Shown here piece after piece: positions 42,389-53,859 of a stretch of 64,000 bases of DNA. This DNA is from the human T2T-CHM13v2.0 reference genome, Homo sapiens. The stretch lies in NCBI RefSeq assembly GCF_009914755.1, contig NC_060944.1; one strand, given 5' to 3'. Each line of letters opens with the position of its first letter. The stretch's first letter is position 1. The position numbers and the translations under genes are program-made. The notes below the pieces were generated by a model, which saw only the letters and a list, made by a program, of their open reading frames with translations, made no database searches and was not told the origin of the DNA.

Positions 42389-45300
42389 ATGAGGACAGGA
42401 TCAAATTCACACATAAGAATACTAACCTTAAATGTGAGTGGGCTAAACATCCCAATTAAAAGACACAGACTGGCAAATTGGATAGAGTCAAGACCCATAG
42501 GTGTACTGTATTCAGGAAACCCACCTCTCATGCAAAGACACACACAACATAAAGAAATGGAAGAAAATTTACCAAGCAAATGGAAAGAAAAAAAAAAAGC
42601 AGGGGTTGCAATTATAGTCTCTGACAAAACAGATTTTAAACAAACAAAGATCAAAAAGGACAAAGAAGGGCATTACATAATGGCAAAGGGATCAATTCAA
42701 CAAGAAGAGCTAACTATCCTAAATATACATGCACCCAATACAGGAGCACCCAGATTCATAAAACAAGTTCTTAGAGACATAAAAAGAGACTTAGACTCCA
42801 ACACAATAATAGTGGGAGACTTTAACACCCCACTGTCAATATTAGACAGATCAACAAGACAGAAAATTAACAAGGATATTCAGTAGTTGAGCTGAGCTCT
42901 AGATCAAGTGGACCTAATAGATATATGCAGAACTCTTTACCCCAAATCAACAGAATATACATTCTTCTCCATGCCATATGACACTTATTCTAAAATTGAC
43001 CACATAATTGGAAGTAAAACACTCCTCAGCAAATGCAAAAGGAATGAAATCATAACAGTCTCTCAGACTACAGTACAATCCAATTAGAACCGAGGATTAA
43101 GAAACTCACTCAAAACCACACAATTACATGGAAATTGAACAAACTGCTCCTGAATGACTCCTGAGTAAATAATGAAATTAAGGCAGAAATCAAGAAGTTA
43201 TTTGAAACCAATGAGAACAAGGAAACAATGTACCAGAGTCTCTGGGACACAGAGAAAGCTGTGGGAAATTTATAACAATAAATGCCTACATCAGAAAGCT
43301 AGAAAGAGCGCAAATCGACACCCTAACATCATTATTAAAAGAGCTAGATAAACAAGGGCAAACTAATCCAAGAGCTAGCAGAAGACAATAAATAAGGTCA
43401 GAGAAAAATTCAAGGAAATACAGAAATAAACACCCTCTTCCCAAAAAATCAATGAATCCAGGAGCTGTTTTTTAGAAAAAATTAAGAAAATAAGTAGGCT
43501 ACTAGCTAGACTAATGAAAGAGAAAAGAATCAAATAGACACAATAAAAAGTGACAATGGGGATATCACCACTGACCCCACAGATATACAAACTACCATCA
43601 TAGAATACTATAAACACCTCTGTGCAAATATGTCTAGAAGAAATGGATAAATTCCTGAACACATACACCCTCCCAAGACTAAACCAGGGAGAAGCTGAGT
43701 CCCTGAAAAGACCAATAACAAGTTCTGAAATTGAGGCAGTAATTAATAGACTACCAACAAAGAAAACCCAGGGCCAGATGGATTCACAGCCGAATTCTAC
43801 CAGAGGTGCAAAGAGGAGCTAGTACCATTCTTTCTGAAACTATTCCAAACAGTTGTAAAGGAGGGACTCCTCCATAACTCATCTTATTCTGCATTATCCT
43901 GCAACTCGTCTCATCCAGCATTATCCTGATACCAAAACCTGGCAGAGACACAAGAAAAAAAACTTCAGGCCTATATTCCTGGTGAAAATTGATGCAAAAA
44001 TCCTCAGTAAAATACTGGCAAACTGAATCCAGCAGCACATCGAAAAACTTATCCACCATGATCAAGTTGGCTTCATCGCTGGGATGCAAGGCTGGTTTGA
44101 CATAGGCAAATCAATAAATGTAATCTACCACATAAACAGAACCAAAGACAAAAACCACATGATTATCTCAATAGGTGCAGAAAAGGCCTTCGATAAAATT
44201 CAACATCCTTTCATGTTAAAGACTCTCAATAAACTAGGCATTGATTAAACATATCTCAAAATAATAAGAGCTATTTATGACAAACCAACAGCCAATATCA
44301 TATTGGATGGGCAAAAGCTGGAAGCATTCCCTTTGAAAACCAGTACAAGACAAGGATGTCCTCTCTCACCACTCCTATTAAACATAGTATTGGGAGGTCT
44401 GGCCAGGGCAATTAGACAAGAGAAAGAAATAAAGCGTATTCAAATATGAAGAGAGAAATTCAAGTTGTCTCTGTTTGAAGATGACATATTTCCTTATTTA
44501 GAAAACCTCATCATCTCAGCCCAAAAACTCCTTAAGCTGATAAGCAATTTCAGCAAAGTCTCAGGACACAAAATCAATGTGCAAAAATCACAAGCATTCC
44601 TTTACACCAACAATAAACAAGCAGAGAGCCAAATTATGAATGACTCCCATTCACAATTGCTACAAAGAGAATATAATACCTAGGAATGCAACTTACGAGG
44701 GACGTGAAGGACTTCTTTAAGGAGAACTACAAACCACTGCTCAAGGAAATAAGAGAGGACAATAAACAAATGGAACATACATTCCATCCTCATGGATAGG
44801 AAGAATCAATATCGTGAAAATGGCCATACTGCCCAGAGTAATCTACAGATTCAATGCTATTCAAACTACCATTGAATTCTTCACAGAATTAGAAAAAACT
44901 ACTTTAAATTTCATATGGAACCAGAGAAGACCCCCTATAGTCAACACAATCCTAAGCAAAAAGAACAAAGCTGGAAGCATCATGCAACCTGACTTCGAAC
45001 TATACTACAAGGCTACAGTAAGCAAAACAGCATAGTACTGGTACCAAAACAAATATGTACACCAATGGAACAGAACAGAGACCTCAGAAATAACACCACA
45101 CATCTATAACCATCTTCGACAAACCTGACAAAAACAATCAATGGGGAAGGGATTTCCTATTCAATAAATGGTGCTAGGAAAACTGACTACCTATATGCAG
45201 AAAACCGTAACTGGACCCCTTCCTTACACCTTATTCAAAAATTAACTTAAGATGGATTAAAGATGTAAATGTAAAACCTAAAACCATAAAAACTCTAGAA

Positions 45301-46195
45301 GAAAACCTAGGCAATATCACTCAGGTCATAGGCATGGACAAAGACTTCATGACAAAAATGCCAAAAGCAATTGCAACAAAAGCCAAAATTGACAAATGGG
45401 ATCTAACTAAACTAAAGAGCTTCTGCACAGCAAAAGAAACTATCATCAGAGTGAACAGGCAACCTACAGAATGGGAGAAATTTTTTGCAATCTACCTATC
45501 TGACAAAGGTCTAATACCCAGAATCTACCAGGAACTTAAACAAATTTACAAGAAAAAAAATCAAACAACCCCATCAAAAAGCGGCCAAAGGAAATGAACA
45601 GACACGTCTCAACAGAAGACATTTACATGGCCAAAAACCATATGAAGAAAAGCTCAACATCACTGATCATTAGAGAAATGCAAATCAAAACCACAATGAG
45701 ATACCATCTCATGCCAGTCAGAATAGCGATTATTGAAAGTTGAGAAAAATTAGATGCTGGTGAGGCTGTGGAGAAATAGGAACGCTTTTACACTGTTGAT
45801 GGCAATGTAAATTAGTTGACCCATTGTGGAAAACTGTGTGGTGATTCCTCAAGGATCTAGAACCAGAAATAACACATGACCCAGCAATCCCATTCCTGGG
45901 TATATATCTTAAGGATTATAAATCATTACACTATAAAGATACATGCACACATATGTTTATTACAGCACTATTTACAATAGCAAAGACATGGAACCAACCC
46001 AAATGCCCATCAGTAACAGATTGGATAAAGAAAATATGACACATATACACCATGGAATACTATGCAGCCATGAAAAGGAATGAGATCATGTCCATTGAAG
46101 GGACATGGATGAAGCTGGAAGCCATCACCCTCAGCAAACTAACACAGGAACACAAAACCAAACACTACATGTTCTCACTCATAAGTGGGAGTTGA
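42389..46195 (+). pseudogene. Disrupted L1 ORF2 (EN/RT)
   Basis: Starts MRTGSNSHIRILTLNV. RT motif degenerated to FEDD (44465 ORF). Multiple stops and frameshifts; native stop at 46193-46195. Confidence 0.95.
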
Positions 46196-46764
46196 ACAAT
46201 GAGAACACATGGACACAGGGAGGGGAGCATCACACACTGGGGCCTGTTGGGGAGTGGGTGCCTAGGGGAGGGAACTTAGAGGATGGGTCAATAGGTGCAG
46301 CAAACCACCATGGCACACGTTTACGTATGTAACAAACCTGCATGTTCTGTACACGTATCCCAGAACTTAAAGTAAATTTTTTTTAAAAAATGAATTAAAA
46401 TAAATTAAAGCATGTTGAGCTTGTTAAGTAGATAGTTAAAATACTAGTTGTCCTATCTTGTCCCTTTAAGTACTTTCTTTAAGCTTTGCTATAGCAGATC
46501 TTCTGTGGCCATCACTCCAAGGACAGTTTGACCATACTAAGGCATAATCCCACTGGTTCTCCACTGAATGTCCCAGGTGTTTCCTGAGAACTCTCCATTC
46601 TGGCTCCTCAGTGCTGAAATGTCTCTCTACCATATGTTAGCTCTAGAAATGGTTTGGTTTACAATTTTTGAGTTGTTCATTTCTCAGCATTGTGGAATTT
46701 CATTGTTTGTATATATTACCTAATAACCTACAACTTAAGAGGATTCCTATGTAGATTTCTGAGT

Positions 46765-47264
46765 TATATGTATATGCCATACTTTATCCATTCATCTGTC
46801 AATGGGCATTTCAGGTATTTCCATACTGTGGCTATTGTGAATAATACTATCATAAACATGAGAGTGCAGATATCTCTTTGAGATCCCTTTTCAATTCCTT
46901 TGAATACGTATCCAGAAGTGCAATTGCTGGATCTTGTGGTAATTCTATTTTTAATTTTTCATGGAACCCTCATACTGTTTTCCATAGTGGTTGGCAACAT
47001 TTTACATTCCCATCAATAGTGTACAAGGGTTCTAATTTCTCCACATCCTTGGGAAAGTTTGCTATTTTTTTTAATAGCAGACATCTTAATAGGTGTGAGG
47101 TATCTCTTTCTGCTTCTGACTTGTATTTCTCTGATGAGTGGTGATGTTGAGCATTTTTAAATAATTGTTGGCCATTTGTATATATTCTTTGGAGAAATGC
47201 CTATTCAAGTCATTTCCCCCTTTTTAAATAAGGATACTATTTTTTTTTTTGCTACTGAGTTATC
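46765..47264 (-). mobile_element. L1MA-type fragment (3' ORF2, antisense segment)
   Basis: tttatccattcatctgtcaatgggcattt...gtgcagatatctctttgagatcc...tggagaaatgcctattcaagtc. Confidence 0.88.
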
Positions 47265-48173
47265 ACAACAGCTTCAAAAATAATAAAATACATAGGAGTA
47301 AACCTAACCAAGAAGATGAAAGCCTTGTGCAATGAAAACCACAAATTAGTAATAAAAAGAAATCGAAGAAGGCACAAATAAATGGAAAACATTGTATGTT
47401 CGTATTGTTAAATTATTGATACTACCCAAAGCAGTCTACAAATTCAATGCTATACCTATGAAAATTCTAACTGCATTTTTTACAGATACATAGAAGCAAT
47501 TTTAAAATTTATTTATAACTACAAAAGCCCCAAATAGCCAAATAAACCTTAAGGTAGAACAAAGTCAGATTTCAAAATACATTACAAAGCTCCAAGATTA
47601 AATCAGTATGATATTGGCATAAAAACAGACATATAAACAAAAGTGACAGAATAGAGATCTCAGAACTAAACCCACACATACATATTCAACTGATCTTCAA
47701 AAAAGGGGCCAAGAATACACAATGGGATAAGAATAATCTCTTCAATAAATGGTCTTGGAAGAACCGGCTGTCTGTGTGCAAAAGAATAAAATTGGACCCT
47801 TATCTTACACCATACATAGAAGTAAATTCAAAGTGAATTTACAAGTTAAACAAAAGACTTGAAACTATAGAAACCTTAGAGGAAAACTAAGGGAAAAGCT
47901 CCATGACATTGGTCTTGGAAATTTTTGATTGTATATGACAAACACACAAGCAACAAAAGTAAAACTGGACAGATAAAATTACATCAAACTAAAATGACCC
48001 TTCGTGGTAAAGAAAACAAACAGGATAAACAGGAAAACTGTGGAATGGAATTAAATTTTTCAAACATATATCTGATAGGGAATTAATATCCAAAATACAT
48101 AAGGAACTTACACTATGCAATAGCAAACAACAGCAACTAAATAATGGGGAAAGAATTTGAATAGACATTTCTT
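47265..48173 (+). mobile_element. L1MA-type fragment (upstream ORF2, inverted relative to 46765-47264)
   Basis: aataaaatacataggagtaaacctaaccaag...actacccaaagcagtctacaaattcaatgc...ttggacccttatcttacacc...ttgaatagacatttct. Confidence 0.88.
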
Positions 48174-49129
48174 CCGTTGTCTTTAAACAGTTTTATATAT
48201 TTTGTCTAGTTTTCTAGCAAGAAGTTAAGCTTAGTCCTTGTTACCCCGTGTAATCTAGAAATGGAAGTAATGTCGTGGACCAGAGACTTGACTGATAGTA
48301 CGCCTCATATTTTAACTTATACATAACCTGTGCTACATTTTTGCTTTGAATTTCTACAATTCCTTCAGTATCTACTAATGATTAATAATATAATTAAAGT
48401 TATTTTCTGTGTAGTTTAAGCTTCCAATACCATCCAGTATCATCCATTTGATGATAAGATGACATTCTCAAAATGATTTCAGGATTTTGAAACTTTTAAA
48501 CATCATAAACAAAATGATTATTCTGGTGAAAAAATATCCCATAAAAATCTTAAAGTAGAATGTTACTGAGTGTTTAGAAAGTTAATGTGTGGGACCAAAT
48601 ATATAAAATTGATATCTGGGGAACCATCAAAATCTACTTAGAAGACATTAAGTTATTTACAAAGCACTTTTTTAACAGCATTTGCTGTTTGATGTTTAAT
48701 AACCCAGTCCTTCAAATATTACATATCACTAGAATTAACATCAATAAAAATCATTAGTGCCTAGTTTGCAAGCTTCCCTTGCTTTTATTTTATTCTATTT
48801 TCCTAACTCCTTGAGGTGGGCTCAGAGTCCTTGGTTGTAGCAAGGCCAGAGAGCAGTTTCAGTGGTGAACTTGTAAAATAGCCAATATTCCCAGCTAATT
48901 CACACTGGCTATCCAGAGAAGGAAATTCACTATCTGCCAGTTGAAAGTCCCTAGGTAGAATGAAGGCGACATTGTAAGTCTGCAAAACATGAGTTTACTG
49001 ATTCATATTTAGATGAGCTAAGAAAAGTTCTTGAGAATCTCTTGAGCAGACAGGCTCAACATATCTTTTTGGGGACACAATTCAACCCATTGCAAACACA
49101 GTAGTATGCATTTTGTGGCACACTACCAG

Positions 49130-49226
49130 TGCAACTCAATGTCTTTTAGTAAATTAGTAGATACTAATGCAACTGAATGTCTTTTAGTAAATTAGTAGAT
49201 ACTAATGCAACTCAATGTCTTTTAGT
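49130..49226. repeat. 38-bp tandem repeat x2.5
   Basis: tgcaactcaatgtcttttagtaaattagtagatactaa at 49130-49167 and 49168-49205 (1 mismatch), partial copy at 49206-49226. Confidence 0.95.
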
Positions 49227-49632
49227 TGAATTCTTAGTATTCAACTAAATGCATACCACCACAGTTGCACCATTGGAATAAACTCTTGCCAAACTTATTC
49301 CAATGCTTTCACCAAGGTGGAACTGATTAATTCGTATGTTTTTCTTTTTAACTGCTGTTTATTTCATAGTTAAATAGTTTTTTTTTTCTTATTTTAGTGT
49401 CTCAAGGAGAAGACTCAGTGCCAGAGCAAATAGAAATAGCAGCTGGTAGAAACTTAGGTTTCTCTTGACCAAGCTTCACCTGTGTCCTTAACAGAGCTTA
49501 TTCTAGTGCTCATAAATGCACAGACGTCATGGAGCCTCCTTCCTTCTTAACTCATTGCTGTCAAAAAAAAAAAAAAAATAAGAAAATACCACAGTCTTGG
49601 CTTGATGACCAGAGAAAGTCAGCAAAGCAAGT

Positions 49633-50086
49633 TGTATTAGTTTCCTAGGACTACAATAGTAAAATACCACAAACTGGCTAGCTTAAAACAACATAACTTT
49701 ATTTTTTCACAGTTCTGGGGGTCCAGAAGTCTGAAATGAAAGTGTTAGCAGGGTCACATTCTTGCTGAATGTTGTAGATGAAGATATTTTCTTACCTCTT
49801 CCAGTTTCTGGCAGTTGCCAGCAATCATTGGTGTCCCTGGGTTTGCAGCTGTATAACTCTAATCTCTGCCTCTCTTTCCAGTGTTCTCTAAGCATCTGTG
49901 TCTGTGTCTCTTCTTCTAAGGATACCAGTTTTATTGGATTAAGAGCCTATCCTATTCCAGCATGGCTTCATCTTAACTAATAACACGTGCAATGACCCTA
50001 TTTCCAAATAAGCTCACAGTTTCCAGGGCTTTGGACTTCACATATATTTGGGGGGATGGGAGGGGGACAAAATTGAACTCATTACA
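49633..50086 (-). mobile_element. MLT1C-like MaLR solo LTR
   Basis: tgtattagtttcctagg...aaataccacaaactgg...cacagttctgggggtccagaagtctgaaat...aatgaccctatttccaaataag. Confidence 0.88.
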
Positions 50087-50271
50087 GCAAAAACATCTTT
50101 CAAACTGTTTTTTGTCCATATTGTTATTTTTATTTTTAAAGGTATTTTTTCCCCAAAATGTTAATATTATTTATCATACTATACACATAAGAAAGTATTT
50201 GCCTATAAACTGTTATTCTCATGCTAATACTTTCACTTTTATGTATTCCTTACTGGTTCAATGTGGGTTGC

Positions 50272-50623
50272 TATATTGATCTGGTCTCACGCTGCTAATA
50301 AGGACATACCTGAGACTGGGTAATTTATAAAGAAGAGAGGTTTAATTGACTCACAGTTCTGCATGGTTGGGGAGGCCTCAGGAAACTTAGAATCATGGAG
50401 GAAAGCACCTCTTCATAGGGCAGCAGGAGAGAGAATGACAGCCAAGTAAAGGGGGAAGCCCCTTATAAAACCATCAGATCTCGTGAGAACACACTATCGT
50501 GAGAACAGCATGGGACAAACCATTCCCATGATTCAGTTATCTCTACCTAGTCCTTTTCTTGACATATGGGGATTATTACAATTCGAGATAAGATTTGGGT
50601 AGAGACACAGCCAAACTATATCA
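50272..50623 (-). mobile_element. THE1C/D MaLR solo LTR
   Basis: cacgctgctaataaggacatacctgagactgggtaatttataaag...ccttataaaaccatcagatctcgtgaga...gacacagccaaactatatca. 5-bp TSD gttgc/cttgc. Confidence 0.93.
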
Positions 50624-51260
50624 CTTGCTATACTGACAATATCAAGGAATTGCATATTTTCAAAGAGTTGAGTTTTCATTCATAACTGGCCAAAGTTCAT
50701 CATTCTTCTTCCTCTTTCTTCTCCTTCATTCTCTCTCAACTATGTCATTAGGAACTCAATCTTTATTTTCTGTCATTTCTGTATCTTGTTAGGGTGTTTT
50801 CTTCATTTCTCCATAATAATTTTCCAGTGAAACTATGCCTTTGAGACATGTTCCTAGAGAGTGCTTTGGAAGCCACTAAAGCTAGAGCTTATGCAACCAT
50901 GATAAAGAGAAAGTCCCAAACCTCCTTTACAACATCTCATGTGGGAAAGAAATTAGAAATTATCTAGCCTGGAATTGTTATTCACCTTATAACTTAAGCA
51001 CAAATTTTCTTTTCATCCAGTACTTCATATCTTATTTCTGTTTCCTTAAAACCGAAAGTTATGTCTATGATAGGCACCTGAGTGCAATAGTTTGCAGTGG
51101 AAGCAAGAGAAGATAATGTGGGCATACATACTTTATTTTATTTTTTTGTTCTCAGGGTTGGCTTTTTCCTTTCTTAATAAATGAGTGACGCACAGCCATG
51201 GGAAATTGAGTCAAAAGTTAAATGAAATAAGCCAGAATTAAAGCTTTTTTCATGAGAAAC

Positions 51261-51550
51261 TTCTTTTGGGAAACAGGGTCTCATTTGGTCACCCAGACTG
51301 GAGTGCAGTGGCACCATCATGGCTCACCACGGCCTCCAACTCCTGGGATCAAGGGATCCGCCCACCTCAGCCTCTCAAGTAGCTAGGACTATTGGCATGT
51401 ACCACGATACCTGGCTAATATTTTTATTTCTGTAGAGACAGGGTCTGGCTATGTTACCCAGGCTGGTCCCAAACTCCTGGCCTCAAGCAATTCTCCCACC
51501 TCAGCCTTTCAAAATGCTGGGAATACAGGCATGAGCCACTGTACCCACCC
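51261..51550 (-). mobile_element. AluJ
   Basis: Antisense Alu with J-type acagggtctc, atcatggctcac and ctcctggcctcaagcaattctccc. Confidence 0.93.
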
Positions 51551-51784
51551 AGGACATTTCTTTTTTAGGTGAAATTTCTCGCAGGACTTCAGACCTCAAC
51601 TGAAGGACTGTATGAGGAATATTAGCCAAGTTTGAAATGGGAGCCAAATAATGGAAATTTTTATCTCCTGGTATTTTGACTCTCATTTTTTCCCCAACTT
51701 CCCTGCCTAACATTCCACAGTAGCTACTTTTTTACATTTTATGTAAAGTCTGGGAATATGTGAATTGTATCTTGGTCTGGTGGA

Positions 51785-52165
51785 CCTATCTAATCTCATC
51801 TCATACTTTTGTCCCCTTGCTAATTTGCTGCAGCTGCCCAAATGTCCTCCTCATCCTTAAAATCACAAAACTTTCCCCCTTCCCATTGGCTTTAGTCTCA
51901 TTTTAATTTTGGAACCTGAATGTTTCTTTCTTGAGACGTTTATGACACAGGTCAAATTTCACCCCTACTCCTACCATCTTATTGCATCATACTCTACCAT
52001 ATTACTCCTTTTCATTTCATTGGTTTGGTTATCTTCTCCATTAGACTATAAGCTGCATGGATGTGGAGCTCTTCTGTGCTCATTTGTTGCTATATTCTCT
52101 CAGTTCTGAACTGAATGTGTAATATTTTATGGATTTTCAAAAATATTTTGTTAAATAATTGAATG
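51785..52165 (+). mobile_element. L2 3' fragment
   Basis: ttagactataagctgcatgga...aaatattttgttaaataattgaatg. Confidence 0.6.
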
Positions 52166-52188
52166 CATGTTTCCCTTCTCTCATCCCT

Positions 52189-52228
52189 ATGATAACAAGG
52201 GGGGTTGTTATCATTTCTATGATAACAA
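52189..52228. repeat. 10-bp direct-inverted-direct micro-triplication
   Basis: atgataacaa (52189-52198), gggggg, ttgttatcat (52205-52214), ttct, atgataacaa (52219-52228). Confidence 0.95.
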
Positions 52229-52367
52229 ATTCTATCCATAAGTGAACATTAGAATGAAATCAAAGCTTTCCCAATAAGAATTGGAATAAAGTTATATTTC
52301 ACTCAGCTTTACCTCTATCTTTGAGTATGAAAAAGAGAACAAAAAAAGATTTACAAACTTGTGTCCA

Positions 52368-52535
52368 AACCTGGAACAGAGTGAGGCAAGAGATGTGCCT
52401 AAAATGCAAACTTTAAAGAGGTATTTACTTACAGGGCTATGCAAGGAGTGACCTGCAATTGGGCAACCACGAGCGACAGACTCCTTAAATTGTGTGTCCT
52501 AGGTGACTCGTCACTTCACCTGAGCCCTGACTCTG
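52368..52535. mobile_element. MER91A-like palindromic hAT-Tip100 MITE
   Basis: gtgaggcaag...gcctaaaatgcaaactttaaagagg on the left; ctccttaaattgtgtgtcctaggtgactcg...cctgactctg on the right. Confidence 0.7.
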
Positions 52536-52617
52536 CCTGTGTTTTGACTACAGTTTTTTTCAGGAGTTTAAAACATTATCTCACAATAGAATCAGTATCA
52601 CTTTTCTTGCTTAGAAG

Positions 52618-52801
52618 TAGGGTTTCCTGATAAAATACAGAACACCCAGTTATATTTGAATTCCAGATAAACAAAAAATATTTTTAGTATAAATATATCT
52701 AAAATACTGCATGGAATATGCTTATACTAAAAAAAAAGCTAACTGAAATTCTAATTTAACAATTCATTCTAAATTTTAATTTGCTAAATCTGAACATACT
52801 A
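52618..52801. mobile_element. MER53 palindromic hAT MITE
   Basis: taggg...gataaaatacagaacacccagttatatttgaattccagataaaca...tttgctaaatctg. Confidence 0.8.
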
Positions 52802-53859
52802 CCTGTATGCTTTCTGAATGTTAATCATCTTATGGTAGCCATGTTGTGGTAGATTTCACCTCAACAGTAATCTCATAGAGAGGAGGGTCTCTTCTGTCCT
52901 AGGCAACCGCATCTAAATAATGAAATGCCAAGTTGAGAATCTCACAAGTCATTGCAGTGCTGTTCTAATCCTTCCAATCCTGTCATTTTTCTTTGCAATG
53001 AGAACATATCTGATCAAGTAAACGTTACTACTCAAGGCTTTCAGAAAATATTGAACATGAAATTTGAGTTTTTCAAAGCAGCCAAACCTTCTTTAACTGT
53101 TTGAAAATTTTGCATATTTACTAATGACCAATTCTGCAGCGATCTATGCTGGACAGCCTGGGAGAGGATTGAGCTGATGTATTTCTCCATTACCTTCTTC
53201 TCAAGATGCTTAAAAATATGCCAGGTATGCAGCTTGTTGACAAAGCCCCCTTTTACACAGACTGTATTTCAATTCCTGGAAAGGGAGCAATGACACTTTG
53301 GCTAGAAGGAGAGGATTTCACTTGGAGAAAGATTATTTCTTTTCTTCTTTGACTGTTGCCTTACTGAACCTTTCTCAGAGCAAGAAACAAATACATAAAG
53401 GTGGAGGAATTCGCTTCAGCAATATCAGATAGGAAGATGCATACAGAGTAATAGAATATCCACACAATGAATTACCTATGATAGGAAAAGAGAAAGAACT
53501 TATCAAAAGGCAATGTGTTAACATAATCTAAATAGCAGAACAAATATTCCAGTATCTAGTAGTCAAGAATTAAAACCATTTGTTATCATGGGATGAACAA
53601 ATTAACAGATACAGTTATAGGAAGATAGAATACTGTAGACATATCAGCTTCTATATGGTTATTTATCTGAATACTCAGATGTGGTTGCTGTGTCAAATAG
53701 GGTATTACACTACGTTAGTGGTTTCAAACCCTGCCTAAATACTAGACCCAAGACATGCATTGAGGTAAGCTCTTTATTTTAGGCTTCGGAGCTGAAAATC
53801 TGTATTTTAAGTCTTCTTAAAGGATTCCAATAGGAAAAATTTAGGGGTATAACTATACT

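Larger units (their letters stand above)
40621..46390 (+). mobile_element. L1PA8-like near-full-length LINE-1 (distal 5'UTR missing)
   Basis: Partial 5'UTR, ORF1, ORF2 and the L1PA8-type 3'UTR gggaacttagaggatgggtcaataggtgcagcaaacc, followed by an A-rich tail. Confidence 0.95.
46465..48268 (-). mobile_element. Ancient L1M (MC/ME-type) 5'-end fragment split by the L1MA copy
   Basis: ctctccattctggc...agctctagaaat (46590-46630) and tattttgtctagttttctag...ttaccccgtgtaatctagaaatggaagt (48198-48268) resemble an old L1 5' terminus in antisense. Confidence 0.45.

Noticed and set aside
41299-46195. Possible active LINE-1
   Set aside because: ORF1 and ORF2 are broken by many stops and frameshifts, the RT motif reads FEDD, and the promoter start is missing.
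46239-46272. G-quadruplex-capable G-run cluster
   Set aside because: Standard feature of L1PA 3'UTRs; not locus-specific.
37575-46390. Single L1 with a twin-priming inversion
   Set aside because: The two halves have different subfamily 5' and 3' ends, each has its own tail, and each has ORF1.
49130-49226. CRISPR-like array of roughly 38-bp repeats
   Set aside because: The units are head-to-tail with no unique spacers, there are only 2.5 copies, the context is mammalian, and there are no cas genes.
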